A stretch of 59,405 bases of DNA, counting the filler, from Sphacelaria rigidula (Eukaryota), in NCBI GenBank assembly GCA_964200075.2. It is 9 parts of 9 records of this genome, joined end to end, with 100 filler letters (N's around TTAATTAATTAA, not from the genome) between each part and the next. Parts side by side here need not be neighbours in the genome. Positions count along the whole stretch, not along the records: positions 33,061 to 39,572 come from CAXNAA020019628.1; positions 39,673 to 46,183 come from CAXNAA020019629.1; positions 46,284 to 52,794 come from CAXNAA020019630.1; 6 more parts are not named here. The stretch is one strand, 5' to 3'. Positions 36,833-49,400 of this stretch are shown here, one piece after another. Under the pieces are notes generated by a model. The model saw nothing but the letters and a program-made list of their open reading frames with translations, made no database searches and had not been told where the DNA came from. Numbering within the stretch: position 1 is the first letter of the stretch; each line of letters begins with the position of its first letter. Position numbers and translations under genes: made by a program.

Positions 36833-37724
36833 TAGGCGATGTCCCCCGCCGGTGCAAGTATACATGGATCGACGCCACGAGAGAAGGCGCTGCGCAAGAA
36901 GATGGGGGAAAGGAAGAGGCCGATTGGGAAGCTGTACACGATCGCGCAAAAACCTCATCAAGACTATTTCAGGCCGCGGATTTAGAGCAATGCACGACTT
37001 CCACCAAGCGCAGGTGTTGAAAATTCACGGCACACTCATGGCTGTCATCGGCTTCATTGCCGCCCACGGATGATGCAAGGCAGAGTTGATGCGGTACAAG
37101 CGGGAGCAGTTCTACGTGAAGTGGAGGCTGGACAAACATATCATGGCCCTTGCGTTGAGGGCTGTTGCGATTCCTTGGGACAGCTGCGATTTTCGGCCGA
37201 CGACGAGTGTTCGGGGGCCGGCGCACATGTGGGTACTACAGCGGCCACCTGCGTGGCTGTGAAACTTTTGTCTGGGCATCTGTCGCTCATGCACGTGCAG
37301 CGCCGGCAAGGTGAGCTGGTGGCCGCGGATATCACGACGGGACCCCTCTGGCACAGGGACGGCGAGCAATGGGAGCGTCATCTCTCCGTCCTCGACAATG
37401 CAGCATTCCGTTGCGCGGTGCCAAGGATCGTAGGTGAAGGTGGCCACATCGACACGTGCTTGGAGATCGAACTCAGACAGGTGAACAGGGGTGTCAATCT
37501 TTGGGTATTCTTCGTTGAAACGTGAACGCGAACGTTTCGAAGTCTCTCTCTCTCTCAAAATTTGGTCGGGATATTAGCGTCGAAACACGGCAAGATGACG
37601 CGTCTGTGCATGCGGCGCAGCGTTGCGTCTGGCACCAGCATATTTTTACATTAAACCTGACCTCGCGTGAACTTGAGGTTGTTTGCACTTGGGCGCCGCG
37701 CCGGGGTAATCCAAATGGATTTAC

Positions 37725-37960
37725 CCGTGCCAAGTAAAACTCGGCTTCACGGCCGACGAGGGAAAGAGACTGCTGAACCCCTATCGCGATTAAAAAAATG
37801 AAGGCAAGTACCACAGAAGGAAGGTGGGGTACTAGAACAAAACCATATGGAAAAAATCCTACGTTGACCTTCCTCCTGTGTGACCCCGGCTTGTGAACCC
37901 ACATATACCGACAGGTGTAGACCGGTGTTCAGAATAGATGGGACGACAACACACACACTC
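37725..37960 (+). mobile_element. 5'-truncated tRNA-derived SINE copy
   Basis: ggccgacgagggaaagagactgctgaacccc...gaatagatgggacgacaacacacacac. Confidence 0.85.
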
Positions 37961-40399
37961 GTGCCAAGTAGTTTGAAAGGCTGCGGGTTCGAAATCTCTA
38001 GAGACGCCGTGTGTGTCTTTCCTATCCGGTACTGAGTCCCCATCGTGGAAAAAGGACGAGTAAGCGAGTAGGAGAATAATCGTCTATGAAAACACTTCAG
38101 AGGATGCGGGGGTGCTTCTCTCATTTGAGATGCAAGATTTATTGTCGCGCGCAGCGGGAGGTATCCGGTGGTCCCACCAGACATCGTGCCCACCTCGCAA
38201 AAGGGCATGAATTAAAGGTATGAGGGCAAACAACTGCCTAACGGAGTGTATACCCTGCATCGTCCACCCTCCTTTGGTCTCGTGCTCAAATTCCACCCAC
38301 CAGGCGATAACGATGATGCAGAGGGAGCCGCAAGTGCTCAAGTATCTCTTCATGCAACCGGGCACCACGAAGAGTTGGTCCGACTCGAAGGCCGCCATTG
38401 CCCGTCTTGCTGACATACGCCGCGTGGGTGAGAGGTGCGAGGCGGCGGCATGCATGGCTGCCAGAGGGCGGGTCGAAGTAGTCAGCCGGGATCTGGATTG
38501 GAGATTCAGATTCCGAGTGCATCGGCTCGGAGAGAGAGAATTCTGCATCGGTAGCTGGCAAAGATCACGGCGATGACTTCGCGTTTTGATTGAATCTGTA
38601 GAGAAAGTTGGAGACATGTTTCATGCAGATGAGTTGCGGAGGTACGTATGTAACCTTGGCGGTTGTCTTTCGCAGAAGGAAGGTTTAACCCGTGTGTCGG
38701 GCTGATGGAGACGTTGTGCAGTGCTTGGTGCGGTGCGCCTTTGGGTGCAGAGGTCTACGGCGGGTAGCCCGCAGACGCCGTCGCGCGAATCGCGGGTTGT
38801 ATCTGAAGATGAACACTAGTACTCATGAAACGAATAATAAAACACGAGTCAGGGGAAAACCATGGTCTTGCAGCGAACCTTTCGGAAAACGGTGCAACAC
38901 GACCACCGCACGCGCATCGATTCCAGTCGTGAGGCGGCGTCTACACCGTTCCGCACAGCTGGAAAATCACCATGAATCTTTGGTATAATCGATAACAACC
39001 GATCATGAAAATTGAGGATGCAGTTTTTCATTGAGGATGAAGTTTTTCATTGAGAATGATAAGTCGCTTCATCAAAATATTCATACCCACACCGACTGCT
39101 CGAAATATGGCTGCATTCCTTTACGCTGTTGACAACTACTGCACGCCATACAACTTTGGAGTCCGAGAGCAGAAATTTTGGGGTCCTACCAACGGTCTGC
39201 CGGGAGAAGATTTTCGGACGAGGAGCCCCCTCCTTCCCCTCCCGATTATTCAGGGTAGGAAAGACACCGGGCTGACCATGCACTATTTCTCCTGGACGTG
39301 CAAGAGGCTCCTAACACAGTATTGAGAAATGGGTTGTGGGAAAAGTTGTGAGAAGCTGGGATCAGAGGAAAGATGTGGAGAATGGTAAAGAAGATGACAG
39401 AATGTGCCAAAAGTGCAATGATGCTAGACGGGGAAATATCGAATGACACTTTCTACGATAGCCCCCCCCCCAAAAAAAAAGTGCATGGTTTTGGGAGGCA
39501 AAATCTTCACGTAAATCGAAATAGGAAACGCCAAGCACAACGAGAAGCCGGGAATTCCCACGTTTTGGGTTCNNNNNNNNNNNNNNNNNNNNNNNNNNNN
39601 NNNNNNNNNNNNNNNNTTAATTAATTAANNNNNNNNNNNNNNNNNNNNNNNNNNNNNNNNNNNNNNNNNNNNTGGTCAATGGTCAAACGACTAAGGCAAG
39701 CAACAAATGAGTACGCCCCCCCCCCCCTCCCCCTCCCAGTGTTTGAAAGGGCGGTCAGGTGCCCTTGGGCCCTTGCGCGGGTAACCGTCCGAATTGATGC
39801 GCTTTGACAGATGTGTATCCTCCTGCTGGACAAGAGGCCACGCGAACCAGCGTTGGCGTTTGCGAAGTATCGTCTTGATACGCTCGCAGTTGGTCATGTG
39901 AAGTACATCTATTTGTGTAAATAATGAACGCCCAAACGACATGCGTTCTCATCCAGAAAAGCCACCCAGAAAAGCAGATCCGCGTGGGCGTATACGAACC
40001 CGCTGTGCGGTCCCCGACCTGCGTCCCGCGGTGCGTGGACCCCCCCCCCCCCCCCGGATCCAGTGCTATTGAGCGTGTAGAGATCTGTCATTCAAGGCCA
40101 TTCAGCTACGCGCGGATTTCTCCCATGATGGGTCCGTAAACTTCAGCAGTTGTAGTTATTCATATATTAGCCTTAGCTGTATATAATATCGGAGAGTAGT
40201 ATCCCAGCTACCCCTTGCACAGAGTCAGGGAACAACCTTATACCGTCGAGATGAAGCACTCATGGAGTCCACCGATCATACCCGCAGAGCCGCGATCCAT
40301 CAACCAATCGTAGACATGCCTACAGCACGTTGTCCCGCCTACGTTCGTGTACCAAACCCAGGTAACAGCGGTAGCCAAGTACAGCACCGCCAAAGCTTG

Positions 40400-40649
40400 C
40401 ACACGTCGGACAGCTCATGAGCTATAACCAAGCGAAGAGAGCTCTCAGATATTTTGTACGAATAGGCAAAACACGTGACAACAGTGTCCGAGAAGCCAAA
40501 GCGTCACCTTGCCGCTACACAGCGTGCTCGGCGTCCATCGCTGTGGGGAGCAAATACGGATTGAGTGGCCGAATGAGCTAGCTCATGATCCGAAATAGTA
40601 CTTTCATCATAAGCAATATCCAGGTAGCTCATGAGCTGTTCGACGTGTG
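40400..40649. mobile_element. hAT-like MITE (250 bp, 8-bp target duplication); a second one-ended copy starts at 54385
   Basis: TIRs CACACGTCGGACAGCTCATGAGCTA / TAGCTCATGAGCTGTTCGACGTGTG; flanks AAAGCTTG (40392-40399) and AGAGCTTG (40650-40657). Confidence 0.8.
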
Positions 40650-41429
40650 AGAGCTTGCCTACCGCCGACTGGTAATCACACTGAGCTTGACAAACTCGAA
40701 CATAACTGTTGCCCTAGCACTACAGGCATTTCCCACGTAAAATGACGATCCCTGCTGCTGTATACGATAACGTTTCCGTGCAAGCTTGACCATTTTCCAA
40801 ACGTCTCAGGGATCCAAAAAGTTCATCATGAGCATGCAATCCCGCGGTAGTCTCCAGATGCACCTCTCGGTGTCCCGCAGCAATAGCTGACGCCAAAATA
40901 CCAACCCTTGCCCATAGCTAGTCTCTTGACTCTAAACCGCCAGTGAGATCCTAAAAAGTCAGTGCACGTCGATGTCCCAAGCATTCCTAAACATTTTGCA
41001 CTTTCATTCGAGACGAGATACTTTATAACATGCAGAAAGCACATTCAAACAAGACCTGCGCAATTGGATACAACGGTCAACCGATACATCAACCTCTGAA
41101 CATGAAACAAGAATCCAACACTTTTAAAATGCGGCTGGCCTCTTGCTTGTTAAACTCCGTGAAAATGTATGTATCGCACACCTCTCCTTCGTGAAAGCTG
41201 CAAAACATCATCTCGCCAATCCATTCACGAAGTAAATTTGAAGAAAAGTCACGACCCGAACGGCTATTGAAGCCATGCATATCAATCCAGCGAAGGCGAA
41301 CGGCCCACGACTCCACCATCACTAGCCACTTGCCGTGATAACAATTTCAATATCGAAGTATCGAGTACAGCCCAGCAATCACTCAGATATAATATCGTAT
41401 GTGAAATACACCTCTTTGCTGTGACATAT

Positions 41430-44400
41430 CAGAGACTGGTGCCACACATGTACGAAAAACCAGCGCAAGCAGGTACATGATAGGAACGGTCCGGAAGAAT
41501 CAGATGACGGAGAACCCTGTGATGCGAATGATGCTGGACAACTCGGGGTGATACCAGGAAAAGCCTGATATTAGGACAGGCCAACAAAAACCGAGGAACT
41601 GGTCGCCCCTGGCGACCCCTTCTCGTCTGACCTAACTTATTGCCTACATATACAAGAGGAAATCATCGCCAGCTTCGGAGTGCCTTCGGCATCAGGATGA
41701 CATTTCTGAAGACAGCCTCTTCGTCAGTCTATCTACCCTAGCTATACGCCTTGCTTACATTGGCGACACCAGAAAATAAACTCAAGCAAGACACGCCTTA
41801 GAAGTAGTGAAGAAATTGGAATGAGAACCGACTGCTCCCCGACACGGGAAACACCAGGGTCCTCCAAGGAACGCTACTCCAGGTGAAACGGATGGGTCAT
41901 GCATACGCATAATTATTCGACTTGAGATGTATGTGTTCGGGTCAACGCGGAATTAGCCCCCTCAGTGGGCATTATATGTCACCTGTATGGCTAGTCAAAC
42001 AGCGAAACGCGAAATTAGTCTCATCAGTGTGCATTATATATTGCCTGTATGGCTAGTCAAACAGCGAAAACGCGAAATTAGTCTCATCAGCGTGTGTTAT
42101 ATGTCAGCAGAATGGCTAATCAAACAGCGAAGCCACACTTATCAACATACCTTACACCACCATAGTGCCAAAGGCACGGCAATTATTCAAGCAGACCGAC
42201 CTCTGCAAACGCGGTGACTCGAAATAGCACTAACAAAAATCACCCAACCTGCGAATGCACGACCTTGTCATTCCCTACCATTTAGCATGCGAAAGAAGGT
42301 GGTGTATTGGGTGGTCTCACCGCATCCCAGCTCACGAGTTGAGAGGAGTTGGAAACTACAGACAATTCAATATCCCGCACCTGAGTACGCATACATTGAA
42401 GAAAAGTGTCAACCGTCTGGTGAAAAATATCGGAGAGAAGCGAGTTCCCTAGTCAGCACAATGCCTCCTCCAGAGGGGCACCAAAACAGCCCTCAGTTCT
42501 GATGTGAAAGTACATACTAGGGGCAGAAGCGGGAAACGAGCCACGATAGGAGTTGGTTCCTAAGCAGCTTTCAGAACAGCCGTGAAAAAAGCAATACGCC
42601 GCACAAAGGGCCATCATCGCCGAAAATGAAGCTCAAGTTGTTGAGGCTCTCATCATGCTATATTCTGCGCCGTACGCCAATGAATCGTCACGTTACATTC
42701 CGCGCTGACACATGTGCAACCGGCAGCTAGAGAAACAGCAAGGTTTTAAGGAGGGGCTGTTGATTCCATATCGAAACGCCAGTCTTACTTTTTTCAATCC
42801 GATCTTGGACGATCACTGTTGTCATGACTCATACACCGCATCATCACTACTGCAGGTATACAGATACGCTTTCAGCGTTATCCTGTGCATCAGTACGCCT
42901 TAGAGTCGCAGCCAGAGTGAATGGTACCCCGCGGAAAATAATCACAATCGATTCCGCGGCCGGTGTACCTAGTATGGGGCCGGATTATCTATTACTAGAC
43001 ATTTCCATTATGAGTGCTTTCAAAGCTATACTCGGCTGACAGGCGGAACAATTGACATTCCATGATTCCAGCGTGAAAATCAAAGCATCGCATCGAAAAT
43101 AGCAGGGCTCACAAGAAACAACACACTCCGAAACATCAATTGTTTCTGTAGTTAGTGTGAAATGCCTCAACAACCCCGTTTCAGTCTTTCTCTAAAAACA
43201 AAAATGCAGTGTGCCAACACAAAGTGGAATTGTAGCAATAGTTGAAGCGGAAAATACCCCCATCAACAACAACAGCAGCTGTCATGGAGCCGCGCATAAT
43301 AACCGAGGAAGACACTCGATCGATTGATGTACCTCAAGCATTAATGCGCATCATTGTTGCAAAGACAGTATGCACGCAACCAATAAGACGGAAATGGTAC
43401 AAATCGCCAACCCGTCGAGCCGACATGTGAACCCGAAACGCTATACTATTTCAGGCTATGTTACCTCAATACGAGAGACGAAAAATCGGGAAAAAAACAT
43501 ATTAATAATTAAAGACAAGAACCGAAGCAACTTCACGTTATTCCGGACGCCCTTCCACGACTGTTTGCGTTTAAAGAGCGACAAGGAACAGAAAGCAAGC
43601 CGTTGCTTTCACGAATATGTTGCAACATGCCAGAAGACCCTGCGCAGCAAATTGCTGAGTCTCAGCATCAATGCCAACTATCAGCTGAGAAGCTCGACCG
43701 TCCGAAGCCGGTGCAAAGTGACCGAGAGCTGTCAGTCAACCGCGGAAAATTGCAAAAAGAACAAACACGGGAGAACGCACACTGCGTCAGGGTTGCCAAT
43801 GCACAAGAAAAGGGTCCTCAACCGGCCAAAATCTGTGAATGGGACACGTTCCGGTACTACGGCCATACAAAAGAGTGTCGGCAGACCTGGTCGAAAGACA
43901 ACAACTTCGATGTCAAACGCTGGAGTGCTAGGTAAATATGTACTGTCTGTATTGGACCACCTAACAAGGTATGCGTTGCTGATTCCGAAAAAACAGACCA
44001 TATCAATAGCAAAAAATTCTTTCGACAGGGTCTTTACTACATTCGGCCTCCCAGGAAAGCTGCGTTCGGATTAAAAAGCCGAAATTGAAAATAAGCTAAT
44101 ATACGCACGGCAACAAGAGCTGGATTTCAATGAAACTCGAATGACACCGTTACGAACGCGAGGTAATTCAGTGTCTGAACGAATCCACTCCACTATGCAG
44201 CCGATGTTAGCTTTGCATATGCCAACTGGAAGCAAAAAATTGGGCGTCCATGCTTCCGTTCATCCAAATAGCGCACAACACATCCTATCACAATACAGTG
44301 CAGGAGATACTGTATTTTTTATTGGTCGAAATACAGCCCAGATTATCAATCGACGTCATCCCCGGCATACCTGAGGAGAGCCAAGCCGCAACACCCGGAA

Positions 44401-45200
44401 TTGTTTTCCAAAGAAACACCGGAAAACCTACAGTTCGGATTTGAAATTGCGAGGCAAGCTCTACGAGAAAGAGCGAACGAACAAGAGAACGAGAACAAAT
44501 TTAAGTCGTTCGCAGTGTTCAAACCCGGTCAAAAGGTACTCATGTACCGATCATACCAGGATTCAACAGGGCTGAACCAGAAACTCCAATTACCCAGGAG
44601 CGGACCTTTCATGATAACCGAGAGACGATCGCCGGTTGTGTACAGGCTCGAAACAGGCGACGACTCTAAAGAAATGTCAGTACATCCCGCTAACTTGAAG
44701 AAATATCGTCAGCGAGAAACGCCACCCGCATCAGATTTCGATTAGTCGAGCGAGTTGTTCCTGGGCAAACGGATACCTCTGCCAGAGAAAGACCAACCAG
44801 GCGAAACGTTGCCTACTATAGAATGTTACGCTGTCAAAAAACCGGTAGCCTACGCTAAAGGGCCAGGTCGAGGAAGTCTTCACAACTATAAATATCGGTT
44901 GAGACTCAAAAGCTCTGGCCCAGCAGCGGACCTAACCTATCGAGCTGACGAAACACCACAAGGTGGACATCTCAGCGATACTTACCATCATAACAATGGG
45001 TTAGCAAAGCGCTCACATCCGGAGTCGAAATAAAAAAGTGCCGGGAAACAGAAACGTATGAGACTATTCAACAGAGTGTTCGAGCGTCCTAGCAAAACGC
45101 TCAAGGGTTGAGCAGTAAGTAGCCCGCCGTCACAATTCGGAGATCAATGAGAGTCACCACAAAAAACCCGACGTTCGAACAATGCAGACAGGAACGGAAG
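41430..45200 (+). mobile_element. Decayed Ty3/Gypsy LTR retrotransposon with integrase and chromodomain
   Basis: Protease-like ITIDSAAG (about 42940); integrase core KYVLSVLDHLTRYALLIP...VFTTFGLPGKLRSD...RGNSVSERIHSTM; GPF motif KLQLPRSGPF...VYRL...VHPANLKKY; chromodomain-like YAVKK...YKYRLRLKSSGPAADLTY. Boundaries approximate. Confidence 0.85.
41945..42130. repeat. Three-copy ~60-bp tandem repeat inside the Gypsy element
   Basis: gaaattagtctcatcag...tatggctagtcaaacagcgaa repeated. Confidence 0.85.
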
Positions 45201-45429
45201 AATATCTGACATGTCAGTGGTGACAGGGGTGCAACTTCCCGGGGAAGATAGCCCCTCAGCGATGGAAGTAGTTGCTGATGTCAGTTGGCACACTGGACTG
45301 TCTTCCGAACAACAAAAAATACGGTGTTTCTTGTACTATATTATGATAGGAAGTGTTGTACGCCATTTGGACGAATGGAAGCATGGATGCCCAGTTTTTG
45401 TTCCCGACTCACATATGCATAGCTAACAT

Positions 45430-46183
45430 CACGCGATAGTGGAGTGGGCTCGTTCCGACACTGAATTACCTTGCGGGCGTAGCAGTGTCGTGCGAGCTTT
45501 ATTGAAACCTAACTCCTGTTACAGTGCGTATGCTAGTTCATTCTCAAATTCCGCTCTCTAATTCGAACGCAGCTTTCCCGGGATGCCAACTGCTGTAATG
45601 GCTTTGTCAATTATCGTTTTGGCTATATTGATGTGATCTGTTTTCTCGGCATCGGAATGAGCAACGCATACCTTGTGAGGTGATCCACTACGGACAGTAC
45701 ATCTTTAGTACTCCAGCTTTTGACATCGAAGTTGTTTTTCATTCGACTGGGTTTGCCGGCGCTCTTTCGTATAGCCCTGTTACCGTAACGTGTCCCATCG
45801 GCAAGTTTTGGCCGTATGTGGACCGTTTTCTCGGCGTTGGTAATCTTGACATAGCGTGCGCATTCCCGTCTTTTTTTGTTGTTGCATTTTTTTCCGCGGT
45901 TGACTGACCGCTCTCGGTCACTTCGCACTAGATTCAAACGGTGAAGCTTCTCAGCTGATATTTGACGGTGATATGTGGTTCGGCTATTTGCAACGCATGG
46001 TCTTCTGGCACGTCACCACCTAGTTGTAGTAGGGCAAACGGTCGTTAGAGGATGTGCGCAATAACATGAAGTTTCTCCGGTTTTTGTTTCCTATCATTAT
46101 CATGAAGTTTTACCGGGGTTTACATGTCGGCCCAACGGGTTGGCTGTTTGTACCATTTCCGTTTCAGCCGTCCACTACATGCA
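45430..46183 (-). mobile_element. Second, inverted integrase fragment of the same Gypsy family
   Basis: DVLSVVDHLTRYALLIPMPRKQITSI and upstream sequence parallel 43400-44190 on the opposite strand. Confidence 0.85.
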
Positions 46184-48820
46184 NNNNNNNNNNNNNNNNN
46201 NNNNNNNNNNNNNNNNNNNNNNNNNNNTTAATTAATTAANNNNNNNNNNNNNNNNNNNNNNNNNNNNNNNNNNNNNNNNNNNNCTACTGATTATCTTGCA
46301 TTTGGATGACAGCTTACAATGAGCTGCTTTATTATCTGGCATTGACACTCGGTAGTGCGGGGGGGGGGGGAGGAAGAGAAGGGGGTGCACACACGATCTT
46401 GCATGCTGTAGTCATGAGACACTAACACCATTGACTTTGGATCCGATCAAAGCCGGGGCGGAGCACGCCGGGTTTTCGCCGGACCAGGCTCGCAATCAAT
46501 CACCAAGAGCACAGGGCCGTGATGTGATCGGCGAGTCGCATTAAGGGTAAGCTACATCTTGCTAAGATTGTTCAGCCCGAAGCCTGCTGATTATCTTGCA
46601 TTCATAATTATGGTGCGCACATACAGGTGTATTTTTGTCTCGGTTTTGTCGCAGGAATGATACTTTACAAAACACTTTTTCTTCTATTCCAACTATTGAT
46701 CACATATTGTCCAGGGAGTGGAACATTCCGCAGAAGATTCAAGATTCGCAGACCGTGCGCGGCGAAATTTCTCTCTTCTCATTTCTTTTCCGAATAAAGT
46801 CAAGTACATCGTGCGTTGTAACTTGGATTCTTTGGTCGCCAGAATCAGGCTCTACGCCGCTCTGGCCAAGTAGATCTGGTGGACGAGTATTGGACGGAAA
46901 CTAATGAGTTGAACGTGTAACTGCTGTTCCCCAAAAGTATGCAGGGCACGAACCTCATCGCGTCTTTCCGTCCGTTTGCTTTTTACGAGTGATGAAAACG
47001 GCAATAGACTACGCGCAACGGTTGAACTTTTCGAAGCAGCTGTGTTACAGACGAAAGAGGACCCGTTCCACCCTACAAGCACAGGGCTGTGCTGCAATTT
47101 AAAGAAACATGCGATCACAACGAGGTGCAGCGAGCAGTACCGAACGCAGGTAGCACTTGATCAGAGGGGAAGCGACAGAGGAGGGCAAGGACCAGGCACG
47201 AAGGGGGATGCCGTTGTGCAAGAAGCGACTGTAGCGGTCGAAATTTGTACTGTGCAGTAAGGGACGTTACTACAGACAGTTGTAGTTGGACTACAGAGGC
47301 ACACCACAGATCGGTACGGCCATACGAACCGCGGTGGTACCACTCGACAGCAGCAGCATATCAAGAAGAGAAGTAGACGTGTCAATGAAGCCATTCCACG
47401 CTCTGCTGCCCTCTGTGGGTGCACACATGCTAGGTCGGTAAGCTCACCTTGTTTTCGTCGAATATCAGCCCAACTTTCTTCATCAAATGGGACATGATGG
47501 CTTTCCTGTATCCCTCCCTGCCCGATTATAGTTCCAATTCGCGGAGTTCGCCTTGCTCTCAAACACAAGTGACCTTAGCGCTGTCTGCCCTCAATTTTCT
47601 TCGCCAATACACGATGTTCCTTCCAGAGATAACCGAGTGTACTATTGCTATTCTTCTCTTTGACGAACGGTTTGTGCTGCAGCTGCGCAGCAGGAAGTCG
47701 AATCGTGCTGGGAGCTGGGAGCAATAATTTTCGGTTTCCCCTCTCAGACCCGAGGTCATTTTCCAATGTGAAAGTCTCCGGGAAAATTTCACACTTCATA
47801 TCCGATGTTCTTCATCCATCGGTTGCTGGAGATTAATTGATATCCTAGGGATCCAACCGTGCTCGTAAAATGGGTATGTCCACGGTAAAGGAGATGGCTA
47901 CACTCGCTAAAGAAAGGTATAAGATGAGGAAAGATAGCGCGTTCAAAAAACGAAGTGAAATGAACAACAAACCGGAGAGGAGACGAACGAAAACAAAGCT
48001 GAAGAGGAAGAGGAAACGGAACGAGAAGAGAAGGTGATCCCGGGTGGTACAGTAAAACTTTCAAGAATGGGCCTGGAGTGTAGAATATTGAGCATTTGTT
48101 GAACGACCTTCACCAAAACAATAATGTCACGACACATGATGCAAGCATGATGGCATAATATTGTGCCCATGCCAGTCGCGTCGACAGATGTACGGGCATC
48201 CGGCACTACTTTTACTATTTTCTAAAAATGAAACGTTTCGTCCCGAAACGGCACATATTACACCGACGATGAGTTCTTGGCATGACGACCCGTATCTCGT
48301 GCATGCATGAATCAAAGACGTTGATTGCCGACGAGTTGTCAGCCTGTCGAGCTCAACAGCGCGTTTGGCGTCATAACAACGTATGCTGGCCCCAGGTAGA
48401 ATAATGCCCCATAAACTTTATGTGAGACTCTTTGAATGCACAACTTTTCGCTCGCGTTGAAGACGTGCAGCTAGGCAGACACACAGCGGACAGAGTATAC
48501 GCCTCACGCCGACACCCAGCAGGGCGGAACTTTCAGTAGCAGCAGAAAGTAAGCTGACGGACCACCATGGGCGTACTTTTTGACCAGATACGAACGGTTT
48601 CCCCTCCCGCCACGACGGCGCTGCTCCGGTCGTGCTTCGATATTACACCAGTGGCAGGGACGGTGTCCAGCAACCTCTTCTGCCGAGTGATGTCCCTGCT
48701 ACTGGTGTGATGTCAAAGAAGGATCTCGAAGTACGACCGCAGCAGCGACGCCGGGGCGGGCGGGGATGCTGGTCGTTTCTGACCTACTGGAAACTCGTCC
48801 GTAGTGATCCGCCAGCTTAA

Positions 48821-48919
48821 CCCTTAGACCGCGAGGTTAGTCTTCTGTTGAATCGGCATCAATTTCAAGTGAAAAAAAAGTATGCATGATCCAGAGAGAC
48901 TAATCTCGCGGTCTAAGGG
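48821..48919. mobile_element. piggyBac-type MITE (99 bp)
   Basis: TTAA|CCCTTAGACCGCGAGGTTAGTCT ... AGACTAATCTCGCGGTCTAAGGG|TTAA. Confidence 0.9.
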
Positions 48920-49167
48920 TTAAGTGCAAATTCTACCTGCGCAATCGCGCCTCTAAATAACATTATTACGCGATACACTATTGCCATGTGATGGCAATGA
49001 TGCAATGATGAGCATGTTTTCAATCGCAGAGGTGCTCAGAAGCAAACTACAAAATTAAAAAAAAAAAAACGGAACAGCTACCTGTATGATCACTTCTTTT
49101 ATAGTCAGGATACGACGACTCTTCTCGGAGAGATGCCCTTTTTGAGTATTTCCTCGCGGGTTTTTAG

Positions 49168-49400
49168 AGAATTAGGCCTTCTCTGAAAGTGTTGCCATGC
49201 TTTCCAAGAGGATTCTCGCGCACCTTTCCGGTCTTTCGTGCGCACAGTTTTACTTTTGGCCGGATTCGCGAGTTTCGGAGCCACGAAAAAAATCGGGAAT
49301 CCGACCAAAACTAAAACTGTGCGCACGAAAGATCGAGAAAGTGCGCTGGAATCCTCTTGGAAAACGTACGAGTAGCACATCTTTCAGAGGAGGCCCAATC
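49168..49400. repeat. ~230-bp imperfect palindrome (foldback element core)
   Basis: tttccaagaggattc/gaatcctcttggaaa, tctttcgtgcgcacagtttta/taaaactgtgcgcacgaaaga and ctctgaaag/ctttcagag arms. Confidence 0.8.

Noticed and set aside
35570..37525. Fanzor/TnpB-like RNA-guided nuclease
   Set aside because: A Cys cluster is present, but no RuvC motifs (DPG-type, E, or RDxNAAxN) were found in the expected order.
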